A stretch of DNA of 62,110 nucleotides, the filler included, from Sphacelaria rigidula (lineage: Eukaryota): assembly GCA_964200075.2 (NCBI GenBank). It is 8 parts of 8 records of this genome, joined end to end, with 100 filler letters (N's around TTAATTAATTAA, not from the genome) between each part and the next. Parts side by side here need not be neighbours in the genome. Positions count along the whole stretch, not along the records: positions 23,332 to 31,008 come from CAXNAA020013826.1; positions 31,109 to 38,785 come from CAXNAA020013827.1; 6 more parts are not named here. One strand, given 5' to 3'. Both the position numbers and the translations under genes were made by a program. Positions 23,802 to 36,578 of this stretch are shown here, one piece after another. Below the pieces are notes generated by a model that worked only from the letters and a program-made list of their open reading frames with translations, did not search any database and was not told where the DNA came from. Position 1 is the first letter of the stretch. Each line of letters starts with the position of its first letter.

Positions 23802-26655
23802 ATGGCGCAACCACAGAAAATAATTCTCCCCTCGGCTCTCCTTTCTTACAAATCTTTACGCCGTCAGCGTTTCCTTTCATCATTTCCTTCAAAACCATTC
23901 ATTCTTACTTCCCCTGTACACGAAGAAGTAAAATCCGACAGAGCTTCGGCCCTCCACTCTGGCGTCTACACGTCCCGAGACTTGGCTGCCACTGGTGACC
24001 ACGACCGCCATTTGTCCAAGACTTCCGACATGAACGATGAGTCGCTACGCGCTCGCTCTGTTGCGAAACGCACACCGTCCAAGACTCCCGATATGATCGA
24101 CGAGTCGCTACGCGCTCGCTCTGTCGCGGACCGTCCACAGTCCAAGACTTCCAACATGATCACCGAGTCGCTACGCGCTCGCTCTGTTGTGAAACGTACA
24201 CCGTCTCGGAGTTCCAACATATCTGCCGAGTCGCCACGCGTTTCCACTGCTGTGCAACACGAACCGCTCCAGGCTTCCGCCGCGGTTATCGACTCACTCC
24301 GCGCTCGCGGTGTTGACGAACGGCATCCGTCCATGCCTTCCAACGTTTTCAGTACGTCGTACAAGGGTTCCGATGCCTTACAGCGCCCGCGACGACACAT
24401 GTATCGTGAGGACACTTCTGTTCACCAGCCCTCACGCCGAACATTTTCCTCGCGTCTTGGCCGCTCAGAAGAGCCTTCCACAGGGCACCTGCCTTTAGTC
24501 ACGGCTCTTGAGCACTTGCTCCGTTCATCACCGGCTGTCATTTCTGACGGTCCGGCAACAACTGCCCTTTCACAAGCGCTTGCGGCCACGTTTCACACAG
24601 CCGTTCAACATTGAACGTCCTCAGATCATGTTCACTTTAACAGTAGTGTGAACCATCAGGCCTCTGTACCAGCGACTGCAGACCATGATGACGAACGTTC
24701 GACCTCAGATGTGCCCTTTGATTCGGATATGGGTGGTGACGACACTGTCCACCATGGTGATCGTACCACTCATGTTCATGACGTACGTGCATTGCTGTCA
24801 GGATTATCATCAACCACGGGATCCTCACGACCCAAATCTGTCGATCAGACCCGCGTGAGTTCACGGCTGCCCACGAATGCTTCGTTGACTGACATCCACG
24901 CACCCTTACGCGACAGACACAGCACTCACCGTGCGCTTCCGCCCCATCCTGATGTTGCCACTGTGCGTGCGGTGGAACGACAAATCGCAGATCTCCGTCG
25001 ATACCTGCGATCTGCTTCCATCATGGCTGACGCCCCGGCACCTTCGACTACCGCTCCCATCGCAGTCCCTACACCTACTGCGGCTGCAGACATCGATACG
25101 GATGCAGAAAGCACCCGTGTCACGCTCTCCGCCCCCCGCGCGGCGACAACTACGGCTTCTGCCACGGCGGATCAGGGTGACACCCCTGTCACGGCCGCTC
25201 CCGCGGGATCGGACCCTTCGCCGCAAGATACTCCGGCCACGAGTTCGGCTCCGGCGCCTGCACCCGATGCTTTCACGGACGACCGCCCCCTGTTGGGCGT
25301 CGAGCATTGCCCGCCGGACCTTCTTCCCCGATTCTGGTTGCGTGGACCCCACTCCGATCAGGAGCAGATTCTCAAGGAATACCGTACCCTACACCCGGCC
25401 ACGCACCCTACGCCACCCTCACCCCGCCAAACGGCAGATGACGCTGGCCATCGTCTTCTCCATGACGACCTCTCGGTACGTCTGACGCGCCAACGGCAGG
25501 CGGTCGATTCGGCGACCAGCCGCCAGTGGGCGGCTCAATGGACTCTAACTGAACGCCTCGCTGCGTTCGACCAGATGTGCGACTTCATTCGACGCGATGC
25601 ACATCGTTTGCGTAATGCACCACGGCCACGGAGACTGCCACCACGGCTCTACGCTCTTTAGAACAGGAGCAATACCTTCCTCTTCTGAGGACCACGCCGC
25701 GCGAGCCAGCGCCTGCATCTTCTGCCGCCATATCCAGCTCGGCGGAAGCACGCCAGCCCTCGCGCCCACACGCTGCTACTGCGGCTCCTACCGCCTCGCC
25801 TGCGCGCACCCCGCCATCGCCACCGCAGGACCTTCGAGCCTCGGCGCCCCCTGCCCTCACACCTTGGCTCCGCCTTCAGGGCAGCGAGCGGTCTTGGCTT
25901 TCTCGGACGCTACGCCAACTTTCGGGAAAGTACACCCGCAAGCACGTTCTCCGCGCCTCCGAGGAGGCTTGGCGCTCGCTTACTCTGCCGATCAACAGCG
26001 TGATCTTCCCTTTCCTGCAGCAAGGTGGACAACTGCCTGACAACGACCCGGGCGCTCTCACTATCGAACGACTTGTACCCTACCCAACGATCGGTACCGG
26101 GGACAGTCGCCCCGCTTATGAGACCGCCGCCGCCGCCCTCTTCGCTGCTATGCGTGCAGCTCATAACACGCTGTCGCCCGATGATGATGGGGCCTGGATC
26201 ACACCCCCCCTCGCCACCGTCGTGATGATGACGACTCTGACGACGACCCTCCCGGGGCCGCACCACGCCGTGGTCAACGGGCCCACCGCAACAACAACAA
26301 CGGTCGACGCACAACCCGGGGCAGCCACAAACGGTCTGGTAATCAGTCTTCAAGTTCATCGACTGCCAGGCACCAACAACACGCCTCAAGGCGATCCGTA
26401 CGGCCCTCACCGGCCGTCAGGCAAGTAACGCCCCCTTTGGCGGCTGCGTCTGCTCGCCCCCTAGGTCTTAGTGATAGTGATAGTGACAATTCGGCTCGTC
26501 CATTGTCTTCTACCTCGGCTCGGTCACTAGCTGCCGCCGTCGCAGCCAAACAACAAGCTGCCGCTGATAAATCTGCTTCCGATACTCGTAGAGAATCGCC
26601 TCGTGTCGCTGCAATCAAGCGTGAGTACTTACAGATGGATGTCAAGAAACTTTAG
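23802..26655 (+). pseudogene. Disrupted upstream ORF / N-terminal extension of gag
   Basis: ATG at 23802. ORFs 23757-24614 and 24648-25661 share a frame and are separated by one TGA. Open reading continues after apparent frameshifts at about 25655 and 26185 into the gag frame, with one TAG at 26653-26655. Confidence 0.55.
24015..24330 (+). repeat. 63-bp (21-aa) coding tandem repeat, ~5 copies
   Basis: SKTSDMNDESLRARSVAKRTP / SKTPDMIDESLRARSVADRPQ / SKTSNMITESLRARSVVKRTP / SRSSNISAESPRVSTAVQHEP / LQASAAVIDSLRARGVDERHP. Confidence 0.85.
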
Positions 26656-26667
26656 CATATCAAAACC

Positions 26668-27987
26668 ATGCCTGCTGCAGACAATGAGGACTCTGGTCAG
26701 TTTACATCTGCTCTCATTTCGTCAATGCGTCGAACGATGCGCAACATCCTTCAGTTGGCCGATGCAACTGGGCAACAATGTTCCGAAGACTCCGACTGGA
26801 TTGATGGATGGCAAACCCCGTTACACAAGGCTTTGCGTCGCTCAATCAACTGTCGCTCCCCTGACGTCGCTGCTTCTTTGACGCAGATTCTCGACTCCTT
26901 CTTGGACGCAATGGATCAAGATTGTGCCGGCGGGCAAACAGTGCCGCTACTATTCGGCAATTTGGAAAGGCGCATCATAAGTTGTTTTGATAAGTCTGAT
27001 CAGGCAGGCACCATCAAGCGCCTCAGTTCCTCCGCCGTGGCAATAGACGTGCCCTTTGCTGACTACCTACGCGACTTCAAGCTTTTGGTGTCTAGTGTAA
27101 CTGGTACTGGCCGACAGAATGGCCCTAGTGATACTATGTGTCAGACACATGTTCGCACTAGTATCGCTCAGCAATTTCCGACGCTGATGCCGTCTTTGTT
27201 TCCTGGCGCTTTGGCGCACAAAGAGGTGCCTTACGCCTCCGTAGACGCGATGTGGACTGCGTTTGTAGATCAAGAACATAATGTAACGCCTGCCATTCGT
27301 GGCACACAGTTTTCTTCTGGGTCTTCGCAGACCTTGCGTGCCGCATCCACGAGCACCTCCGGGTCTCGTGGACGCACTCACACTTTGTCCAGTAATACTT
27401 GGACACCCAATTCTGTCGGCGAATCGGTCATGTCTGTTCATAGCAAAAAAGACCCCGTCCGAGCAAGCTTCAACGCTTGGCCTTATTCGGCAGATACTTT
27501 TGATGACGTTTATGTCGTTCCCACAACTACTTTTGTCACGCATGACCCACATTTGTGGACCCCCTTGATTTCGCCTTCGGCTCGCAAGGATGCTTTTCGT
27601 CGCCATGCTAACACATGCATCAACTGCAATGGTACTGGCCACAGTATGCGTGACTGCCCTGAACCTTGCATCAATATTTTTTCGCTCATGAACTCTGAAC
27701 TTCAGAGCAACGGGCCGGCGTGGCGCCGATGGCAAAACCGCATGCGCAAATATCGTACACCGTCTCGCCACCATCGCCAGCCTTACCGCAATCATAGCGA
27801 CTCTCGCTCAAATCGCGACCGCCGCCACACCACCAACACCGTCTCAGGTACTCGCCATAGAGACAGTTCTTTCCGCCCTTCTCAGTCTTCGCATGGTCAT
27901 CACCAGCGAACGGGGCCGACTCACGACAACTCAAACCCCAATGCCAGAAACCCTGGTTCTTTCATGACGGATCGCAACGACCCATGA
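26668..27987 (+). CDS. gag: Retrotransposon Gag-like protein with CCHC zinc knuckle
   Basis: 439-aa ORF with C-X2-C-X4-H-X4-C (CINCNGTGHSMRDC) at 27616-27657, immediately upstream of pol. Confidence 0.8.
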   Translation: MPAADNEDSGQFTSALISSMRRTMRNILQLADATGQQCSEDSDWIDGWQTPLHKALRRSINCRSPDVAASLTQILDSFLDAMDQDCAGGQTVPLLFGNLERRIISCFDKSDQAGTIKRLSSSAVAIDVPFADYLRDFKLLVSSVTGTGRQNGPSDTMCQTHVRTSIAQQFPTLMPSLFPGALAHKEVPYASVDAMWTAFVDQEHNVTPAIRGTQFSSGSSQTLRAASTSTSGSRGRTHTLSSNTWTPNSVGESVMSVHSKKDPVRASFNAWPYSADTFDDVYVVPTTTFVTHDPHLWTPLISPSARKDAFRRHANTCINCNGTGHSMRDCPEPCINIFSLMNSELQSNGPAWRRWQNRMRKYRTPSRHHRQPYRNHSDSRSNRDRRHTTNTVSGTRHRDSSFRPSQSSHGHHQRTGPTHDNSNPNARNPGSFMTDRNDP

Positions 27988-28002
27988 CACGCCGACGACG
28001 GC

Positions 28003-31000
28003 GTGAAGTCTTCGGCGCCGCCGATAGCAGAATCGAAGACTCATCCAACACCCACCGCCGCTTGGGTGACAAAACGTTCTCACCCGAACTTTTCCACACT
28101 ATGTAGGAGATCTAATGACGGCCGTTCTTCTCGACCCCCGTCTTTATCTTCATACACACAGCGTAACCGTTGTGTTGACCCACCATCCAGCTCTATGCTT
28201 GGCTCCAGACTCGGTCCTCCGGAACTAAGTATAAATCTGAGGTGTGGGAAGACCGACCGCGGACCCTTGAGGCACAGGCTTTCTTCAACGACCGCACGCA
28301 CTGGTTGGAGCAGACTTCCTTCGACTGGTTCTGGTGTTGATGGTTCGAAACTGACCACTTCAAACCCTTCGACTCCTACCCAGCCTGATCGCAGTCGATC
28401 TTCGCGTCACCCTTCTGCCGCGAAACTACCCCGACATACAGCGTACAACACTCGTCCCCTTTCACATTTAGCAGTGCCCTTTGTACCGAGCTTGCCAGCG
28501 GACAGTCCACAAGTTTCGGCCAAGCATGCCCTGATGCTGACAACATCACCCCAACTGGACGCAGTTGCAGTTTCCCAAGAAGTTTTAGAAGTTCCCAGCC
28601 ATTTGTCACGGCACGAGAGGAAGCCTCGTAGTCATGCCCCCAAGGTCGCGCGAGCATTGACACGCCCCCCTCCCGTCAGCGGAAAATTCCGACCTCATTC
28701 TCCCCCCAAAGCGGCGACTTTGAGCTCGATGACATTGCCAGGCATCCAAGAGGAATCCCAATCGTACCTTTCAGACGGTACCGCTTCCTCCCCTGATGGC
28801 CCCAGTGGCACTTCGCAGCAATCTATTTTTAATGACGACCCTTGTACTTCCAAGCCAGTCATCTACGAGATTGATCAAAACCCTGATTCACGCTGCCCTT
28901 CACGATCGGATCAGATCCCCGCGCTGTCTACCGATACCTTTGAACCCCCCGCGGATCACCCGCCATCCGTTTTCACGGTCAGTCCGACTAATCCTCCGGA
29001 CCAATTCACGTTATCTGAACATGGCCCTGACCTCGTCGGTGGTAAGGTGTCCGTTGATCCTGCCACCTTCACTACCCGCGTAGCATTACACTGCGGCCCT
29101 TACGCCACCGCGCGCGCCGCGTGCATCTCGCTATTAGACAGCGGTAGTCCACAGACATTCATCAAAGAATCAATGTGGAATCATATAAAGCAGACCAGCG
29201 CTACCAGCGCTGCTTCCGATGTTTGCGAAATCACCACCCACCCTCGCGTTTGGGGCGGTTTCGGCGACTCGAAATCACCCTTGACGACACGAAAATCTGT
29301 TCGTCTTAGTGTGCAATTTTTCCACCATGATATACGTTCGGCTAGTCTCGCAGTCTGGGCTTACATCGTCCCTGACAGCACCATGCATCATGCTCTCCTC
29401 CTTGGCAGAGATAGTTACATGCGGTTCGACCAACGCACATACCGCACCCTTCCACCATTATCGCCTAAGTCGGCGCCTCGTCGAGAACTCCAACTAGAAC
29501 ACTTTGGTACCCTCAATGGTGCCTTAGCCTACCAGAAGATTGAGCAGGCTACCGGAGCGGCTTACCGCCTTCGGTACAATGGCAGTTCTGGTGTCACCCT
29601 TTCCGATGAGCCTCAACTCTTAAATTTTTCGCTTGTTCGCCGCAACGACATGCCTGCCCTCACCGGCCACTACCTTGCGGAATTTCTGGCTAAAGTTGGT
29701 GCGCCCGCTGGCACTGAGCATTTTGTCTCGGACGGCGAACAACTCCTGCCTCTCACAGGCCACGCTAATCTGGAACCTGGCGATGTCTTAGGCATTGCCG
29801 CGGCTCCTCTTAAGCACTTCCCTCTGGATACCTGTGTAGCCGACCCTCCGGCGCCTGATCCCACACCGCCGACTGATGGTTATGTTCACTGCGTTGATGA
29901 GCCATACTTTGATATTTTCCCCTCACCCCCGACTCGGATTTCTGCGGTGGAATCCGATCGACCCCCTGTTGAACCTCCTGATGAAGTGCTTCAACGCTTA
30001 TCGGTCGAGTCTCGGGAACATTTCCTGCAAATGTGGCACCAACTTCCACCTCATTTGCGTGATATCTATTTTGACCTACATGGTCCGGGCTGGGAGCCCG
30101 CCGTCATCCAAGAGCTACAAGATGTTCTCCTGGAATATCAGGGCAGATTTTCACGATCCAAGACGGATCTCGGGCATTGTAAAACATTGCCATTCGAGAT
30201 CACTCTGCAACCTGGCGTTTCGTCAATCTCATCTCGACCATATCGAACGAATCCCCTCCTCACCAAAAAAGTCAATCCTATTTTGGATGCATACTTAGGA
30301 GCTGGTCTGATTCAACACTCGTCTTCGCCATGGGCCTCACCCCTTGTGGTCGTCCCCAAAAATGATTGCAACACACGCATTACCGTAAATTACAAATGGC
30401 TGAATCGCGTCACTGTCATGGAAAAACTCCCCATACCTCGCATGGACGAAGTCTTCGACCCTCTCGGCGAAGGAAAAGTATTCAGCACCTTCGATCTGGC
30501 CTCTGGATTTTTCCAAAATGTAATTCACCCCGATACAGTTCCCTTGACGGCGTTCTGTACGTCTTCAGGGCTTTATGAATGGCTTCGTATGCCACAAGGC
30601 GCTGCTACCGCACCTGGCTGCTTTCAACGCCTCATGCAACGCGTTACTGACGGTCTCGAGCATGTTATCATGTATCTCGACGATGCTATCGCTTTTGACG
30701 CCTCCCCCAAGGCGCATGTTCGCACTCTACGGGAGTTCCTCTCCCGCTTGCGTACACACGACTTGAAATTGTCTCCATCCAAAGCTCGACTCGGAGCCAC
30801 TGAATTGGATTTTTTGGGACACTCTATCTCTCCTGCTGGATTGCACCCAGACACGAACAAAGTCAAGGCTATGACTCCCGAACGAGGCAAACTGGAGTCC
30901 ACTGGAACTAGAAGGCGGAGTCATAACTTGGGTTATTAAAAGGCTTCGACAGTACTTGTTCCACGTGCCTTTCCACATCTATACAGATCACGGAGCTCTT

Positions 31001-31008
31001 GAACAACT
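28003..31008 (+). CDS. pol: Ty3/gypsy Pol (aspartic protease, reverse transcriptase, partial RNase H after a deletion/frameshift)
   Basis: 978-aa ORF with protease DSG at about 29137 and RT YLDD at 30673. A shifted frame at 30875-31008 reads LPNEANWSPLELEGGVITWVIKRLRQYLFHVPFHIYTDHGALEQ, which is gypsy RNase H. Confidence 0.92.
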
Positions 31009-31269
31009 NNNNNNNNNNNNNNNNNNNNNNNNNNNNNNNNNNNNNNNNNNNNTTAATTAATTAANNNNNNNNNNNNNNNNNNNNNNNNNNNNNNNNNNNN
31101 NNNNNNNNGCTTGCCCCCCCCGCTGATCGTTTTGTACCTCACCACTCCGTTCGTTACTTTTCACGAGTATTTGTCGTCACCTGTCATCGTCCACTGCTGC
31201 TGCTGCTGCTGCTGCTGCTGATTTTGTTATTGTCGCTTGTGCTGGACGCAAAAAAAAACACACACACAG

Positions 31270-34200
31270 CGCGAAGCATCGGAGGGTCAGAGCAAGAACG
31301 AATCTGAGGCGAAAAAGCGGGTTGCGGAAAACGAGAGCTCCGCCACCATGGCGGAGGCGGCCTACAAAGCCGAAGCCCACGTACAGGTGTGATCTTGTGG
31401 CTTGTATACCCCCTGTTTGTTTTTCTTTTTTCTCGAGCGTAAATAACCAATTCGTGATTTGGATTTCTCGATAGTGACATTATTTTTTGTCTAAATTATA
31501 TAGAAGCCGGTCGCCCCGGTGGCTCGGTCGGTACCCTCGAAACCCTCTGACGGTTGGGTCGTGGGTCTGAATCTCGGAGCTATGTGGGGCTTTTTCTCAC
31601 ACCATACCCAATAGTGGAGAGCGACTATGTCGTGGGTACACAATATTCGACTTGATGGTCGATGACGGAAAGGGACTGCTGAACTCTTCTTGCGACAATA
31701 ACAATAGTTACAAAGGCAAGCACCGCCGCAGGAGGGAGGTGGAGAACTAAAACAAACAAAAAGGAAAACACTCATTTGTTGGCCTTCCTCCTGTGTGACC
31801 TCCGCCGGTGCGCCCATATATTTAATACCGAAAGGTGTAGACCGGCGTCCAGAATAGATGGGACGACAAAACACACACATCCACACACATGATATGCACT
31901 GTTTCATCGTGACATCACGCACAAGCACGAAGGGTTTGAATCAAGGTTGCCCGCCAAGGGTACATTATAAATGGGTCTGTCCCCCCCCCCCCCCCCCCCC
32001 AAACCCCCCTCACGGGTGGACCTCAAACGCAGACAACCGGCCGAAAAAAAAAAAAGAGGNNNNNNNNNNGGGTTTGAACCCAGGTGTCCCCCCAAGGGTA
32101 AATTATAAATGGGTCCGGCCCCCCCCCCCCCCGAAATCTGCATTTCAGGTGGCGGCAGAAAACGAAAAGAAGGCGGCAGCGGATCGTGACTTGGCTATCA
32201 AGCGCGCCGAGTACAAAAAAGAGGTCAACGCAACCGAAGCCACAGCGGCGGTGGCCTACGATATCGAGAAAGCCAGGCAGGGTCAACAGGTGCGCGCATT
32301 TGGTTCTAGGTTTGGTTCGGTTTAACCCTTAGACAGCGACCCCCCCGTCCCGCCCCCCCCCCCCCCCCCGCGGGCGGGGGGAAGGGAGCGCATGCGGGTG
32401 GGGGGTGAGGGGAGGGGGGGGNNNNNNNNNNATCAAGAAAGCCAGGCAGGGTCAACAGGTGGGCGCATTTGGTTCTAGGTTTGGTTCGGTTTAACCCTTA
32501 GACAGCCCCCCCCCCCCCCCCCCCCCCCCCCGGGAGATGGACTGAGTTGAACTCTGCCGCATTTAGGGTGCAGAACAACTCCTTTTTTTTCGCAACATGA
32601 AACGCCTTTTTCATAAACACGTGGGTTTTTGGCATCTACATAGATTTTTTTTTTATAGAACCCCTCATCGGTTTTGACTGTGCAGTCGATATAGCGTGCA
32701 GAGTCAGTATGTGTGCGGCATGTCTCCGCCGAATACCACGGCAGAAAGCAGTCGGTGTGCATGCCATCGCTCCCCTCTGAAAACAATTTTACTCCTCCCT
32801 GTTAACGCCTCTGCTTAGTGTTCCACAGCAACGCTACGGACGGTGTAAAGTTGTGCTGGCGACACACATGAGGCGTCAGACAGGCGGCACAGACCACGAA
32901 CAAAGTACAAAACACGTTATTTGTGCTCATGTGGTCTAAGGGTAAAATGCCATGATGAAAAATGAGTAATACCGCTAGATAGCGAAGTACAGTAGTCCAC
33001 CTGTAGTCTACCTGTAGGGGAACTACGTGCTCATTTTGACGGCCGTGATTGGTCAGACTGGTCATTCCGCGCCTCTCGAGCCTGGTTCCTGGCTCAGAAT
33101 CTTCCGCAAGAAACTTCCGAACACACATGGGTGACTTGGTGAGCTTCCCGCCTGCTCTGCGGACAGCCCCCCCCCCCTCCCCCCACCCGCTTCAGAAAAC
33201 ATCCACTCAGGCCACTGGAAATCCCCAGATGTGTCCGGACTGTCAGCCTGTGAAACTATTCCAAGGCGATGCTCGCCGTCTGAGGGTTAACATCTCTCTA
33301 ATATATATATTTTTTCTTGGCACTTTTTTTGGCCAGAACTCGTTTCGGAATAATATATCCAGTCGATTTTCAAACAGCGATACAATGTAGTGTAACCCAC
33401 GACAACAAAATGGCTCGTGGTCTCAACTATAGTAATATGAAGCTAAATATATTTATATACATATATTTCCTCCCGAATGTTTCCCGAATCATGCATGATG
33501 ATGAAGGTGGTGAAGGAACAGACAAAACAAGAAGCGGAGAAGGCGTTGGTTCTGCTGGAGGTGCAGGGTACGGAGGCGTTGAGGCAGCAGAAGCAGAAAG
33601 AGGGTGTGTCTCTCGCCATGCTTATCGAGGAGAAGAATAGGGCGGAAGCCGTCAAAGCGGCCGCAGATGTGAGTCTTGACGGAGAACCAATTTCACGCAC
33701 TGATGCTATATATTTTTCTGTGTGTGGGGGGGGTACTTAATAATTGTTGCTTACCTCAGTCGTTTGATCACTGACCTCGCATCCCTTTCGAGACGGAGCA
33801 CCGTTCCTTCTCCTAATAGAGATACGCCTCCAACATTCCGGCGCTCATTGCGTTTTTTCTATATACTACCTGAGAACTTTTCCGCCGTCTGTGGCCATGA
33901 TCTATCTCCTAGTGTAGCGATCGCTTCCCCGATACTGGTGCTAATATACCAAGGGTTCTCATGTTTGGGAGATGGGGGAGGAGGGGGGGGGGGAGGGGGG
34001 AGGTTTTTGTTGTTGAAGTGCGTTATTCAAGCGAAATGGTGAAAAAAAAGGAGGGCTAACCCTACGGCAAAGAGCCAGGACGTCGAACCCATTAACGGCG
34101 CAGCAGTCATTTGGGGTCACATCCATATGTGTTCTCATGCGAACGTGCGGCAAAAAAAGTTGGGACAAGAAAAGGCAAGAACGAAAAACAGAAGAAACAA

Positions 34201-36578
34201 GAAAAAACCAGCATACAAACAAAACACCAAAGATATACGTATACAGGAGTCTTTAATAGAAAACGAGTAAGGGCAGGCCAAGTGGTGTATACTCAATTGC
34301 AGGGTACTTTGAAAGTCGGACTTGAAGTAGACAAATTGGGGTAGGGTGTCAGGGGTCGCTTTCCAGTTATTTTTGGGGTACGACTCTTAACACCCTACCC
34401 CAATTTGAGTACTTGAAGTACGAGTTTTAAAATACCCCGCAATTGAGTATACTCTACTCGACCTGCCCTTAAAAACGAGAGCAGGACAATGTCGTCTGGA
34501 AAAAAAAATAGAAGAGAAAAAATGCGAGAAAAAAAACGTATGAACAAAAAGACAAAAAAAAACTGAAAAAAAAATGTGAAAGAAAAATTAGACCGCCAAA
34601 GATATGTCTGCCTGGTTCTTCGTCGATGTTGGTGTGATTTGTATGTGCACACATGTGGGAGTACTTAGATACCATACCCAATGTTTTTGGGGCGAAAATT
34701 GTTCCGAAATGACAATCACACAACAGCGCGATGCATCACCGGATATTTGATCATGTTTCACACAGGCCAAGGCGCACGAGATCGGGGAGATCGGGAAAGC
34801 TGAGGCCGCAGCGATCTTAGCGAAGGGTGAAGCCGAAGCTAAGGTGGGGCACTGGTGGCAGGTTGTTTCTTGCTACATACAGTAGGATATTTTCCAGGGC
34901 TCTTCATGGTATACGTCACGCGTACGTTACACGTCACAAACATGACGCCACAACGGTATGACGTGACGTAACGCAACATTTTCAAGACGTCATATTTGTG
35001 ACGTAACGTGTAACGTGTAACGTGTAACGTGTAACGTGTAGCGTACAGAGCCCTGGTATGTCACGCCTCCGCCTTCATCGTTGTAGTCGTCATCATCGTC
35101 ATCCTGCTTGATTTATTGACTTGTTCACGTACGCATGCACGCACGCATGCATATGTTGTTTATTTAATTCGCGTTCCAACAAGCCCATCAATGGATTGTC
35201 GTCACCATATTTCCTTTTGTTTCGTTCTTGTATACCGTAAAGTAATATTATCGCAGCAAGAGCAGTACAAGAGTAGTACGTACCACAAAACAGTTATATT
35301 TTTTTCTTTTTCCTTATTATATCTCAAAAATGCGATTTAACTATCGAACGGGAGAAAGGGACGGCCGGACCGTTCCCGCGATGACGAATTGTTGAGGCGA
35401 GCATTGCAGAAGGTGTACAATTTTTCATTCCGCATGTGCTCTTCTTTATCTCTGATCACTGTCGTGTGCTTACAGCTACACGTCGATCTCCTACTCAGGG
35501 ATATCAAGGGCCTCGGTGGCAAGCTACTGCTGAAAGAATATCGGGCCTCGGTAGAGATGCATTTCGGAACTGAAACGATTCATTCACTTATTGAACGCTT
35601 TTCACTCTCAATCGTATCCTCTTACTCTTAATTTTACGAAAACATTTCTGTGTGTGTTTGATGCTGACATTTTCGTTTTGCACCATTCCCTGGAAAAAAT
35701 ACGACACAGGTTTTGGAGCTCCGAGGTGACTCGTTCCAGCACTTCGGCAACGCCGCCGTAGTACAGAGCATCGTGGACAGGCTGCCGGAAATCGCCAGAG
35801 AAGTTGCCGCGCCACTGAGCAAGACAGAAAAGGTAAGGATACAAGGGGGGAAACGAGTGCTCAATAATAATAATAATAATAATAATAATGATAAAGTGAG
35901 AGAAACGAGAAGAAAGCACGACGAAATTACTCCATTTGATTTGTCGCACTTGCAACTGACTCTCCAGGGATCCAGCTGCGGTCACATAATGATACCCCCC
36001 GACAACAAAAAAACAAATGAACCCGAAAAAGTGTTGGTGTTTCGTGAATGCTGCCGTGCACTTGTGAATAAGATTTGGTGGAAGTGAACAACGACTCACG
36101 GCACGATAACGATGGCAGCCTCCGTCGATACAGGACGGCTCAAGCGTTGCCAGTCACAACGACGTCGCAGTTCAAGTGTTGGGGGGCCGACTCCGCATAT
36201 TGCACTGCGGAAATTACTCGCCAGCCGCCACCCCGACCACCCCCCCCACCCCCGTCCCAACCGCCCTTCCCCTGCTTGAGGCATATACTTCCCCCCCCCC
36301 CCCCCCTTCCACTCTCTCTCTCTTCCACGCCCTTCCCAATTGACCCGCATTATTATTAACCTATATATTGTACATGAATCGCACCGCAATACTCGACGTG
36401 CTAACAGATGGTGTTCATATCTGGTGGAGAAAATGGGGGCGCCGGCAGCAAGCTCACGCAGGATGTCGGGAACATTCTGTCGCAGCTTCCCGTCACCGTC
36501 GAAGCATTGACAGGCGTCGACATCACCAAGGGGTTGGACAGGTACGAGACGGCTACAGCAACGGAATTAGCGCTATAG
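31270..36578 (+). CDS. FLOT: Flotillin (SPFH/band-7 family), C-terminal half
   Basis: Phase-0 exons 31270-31386, 32149-32289, 33507-33668, 34766-34843, 35710-35832 and 36408-36578 (or donor at 36541). EA-rich coiled coil, IGKAEAAAILAKGEAEAK, and the flotillin tail FGNAAVVQSIVDRLPEIAREVAAPLSKTEKMVFISG...SQLPVTVEALTGVDITK. Confidence 0.92.
31509..31890 (+). mobile_element. tRNA-derived SINE copy (intronic)
   Basis: Homologous to 20471-20836(-). Degenerate A/B boxes GTGGCTCGGTCGG and GGTCTGAATC, with a CA-rich tail. Confidence 0.72.
34268..34471. mobile_element. 204-bp palindromic MITE with 8-bp TSD (hAT-like)
   Basis: AAAACGAG|TAAGGGCAGG...CCTGCCCTTA|AAAACGAG. The arms pair for about 90 bp. 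Confidence 0.88.
34895..35055. mobile_element. Small hAT-like MITE (CAGGGCTCT...AGAGCCCTG) with GTAACGT subterminal repeats
   Basis: 9-10 bp TIRs and tandem GTGTAAC heptamers. TSD not recognisable. Confidence 0.55.

Larger units (their letters stand above)
23332..31008 (+). mobile_element. Ty3/gypsy LTR retrotransposon, decayed, truncated by contig ends (integrase and 3' LTR absent)
   Basis: Domain order is gag (CCHC), protease, RT, RNase H. Motifs: CINCNGTGHSMRDC, LLDSGS, LLLGRD, SPWASPLVVVPK, DLASGFFQ, RMPQG, YLDD, YTDHGAL. Confidence 0.93.

Noticed and set aside
31933-32535. Duplicated segments, including a second partial flotillin exon end
   Set aside because: The duplicates flank 10-N scaffold gaps beside poly-C/G runs, typical of unmerged overlapping reads.
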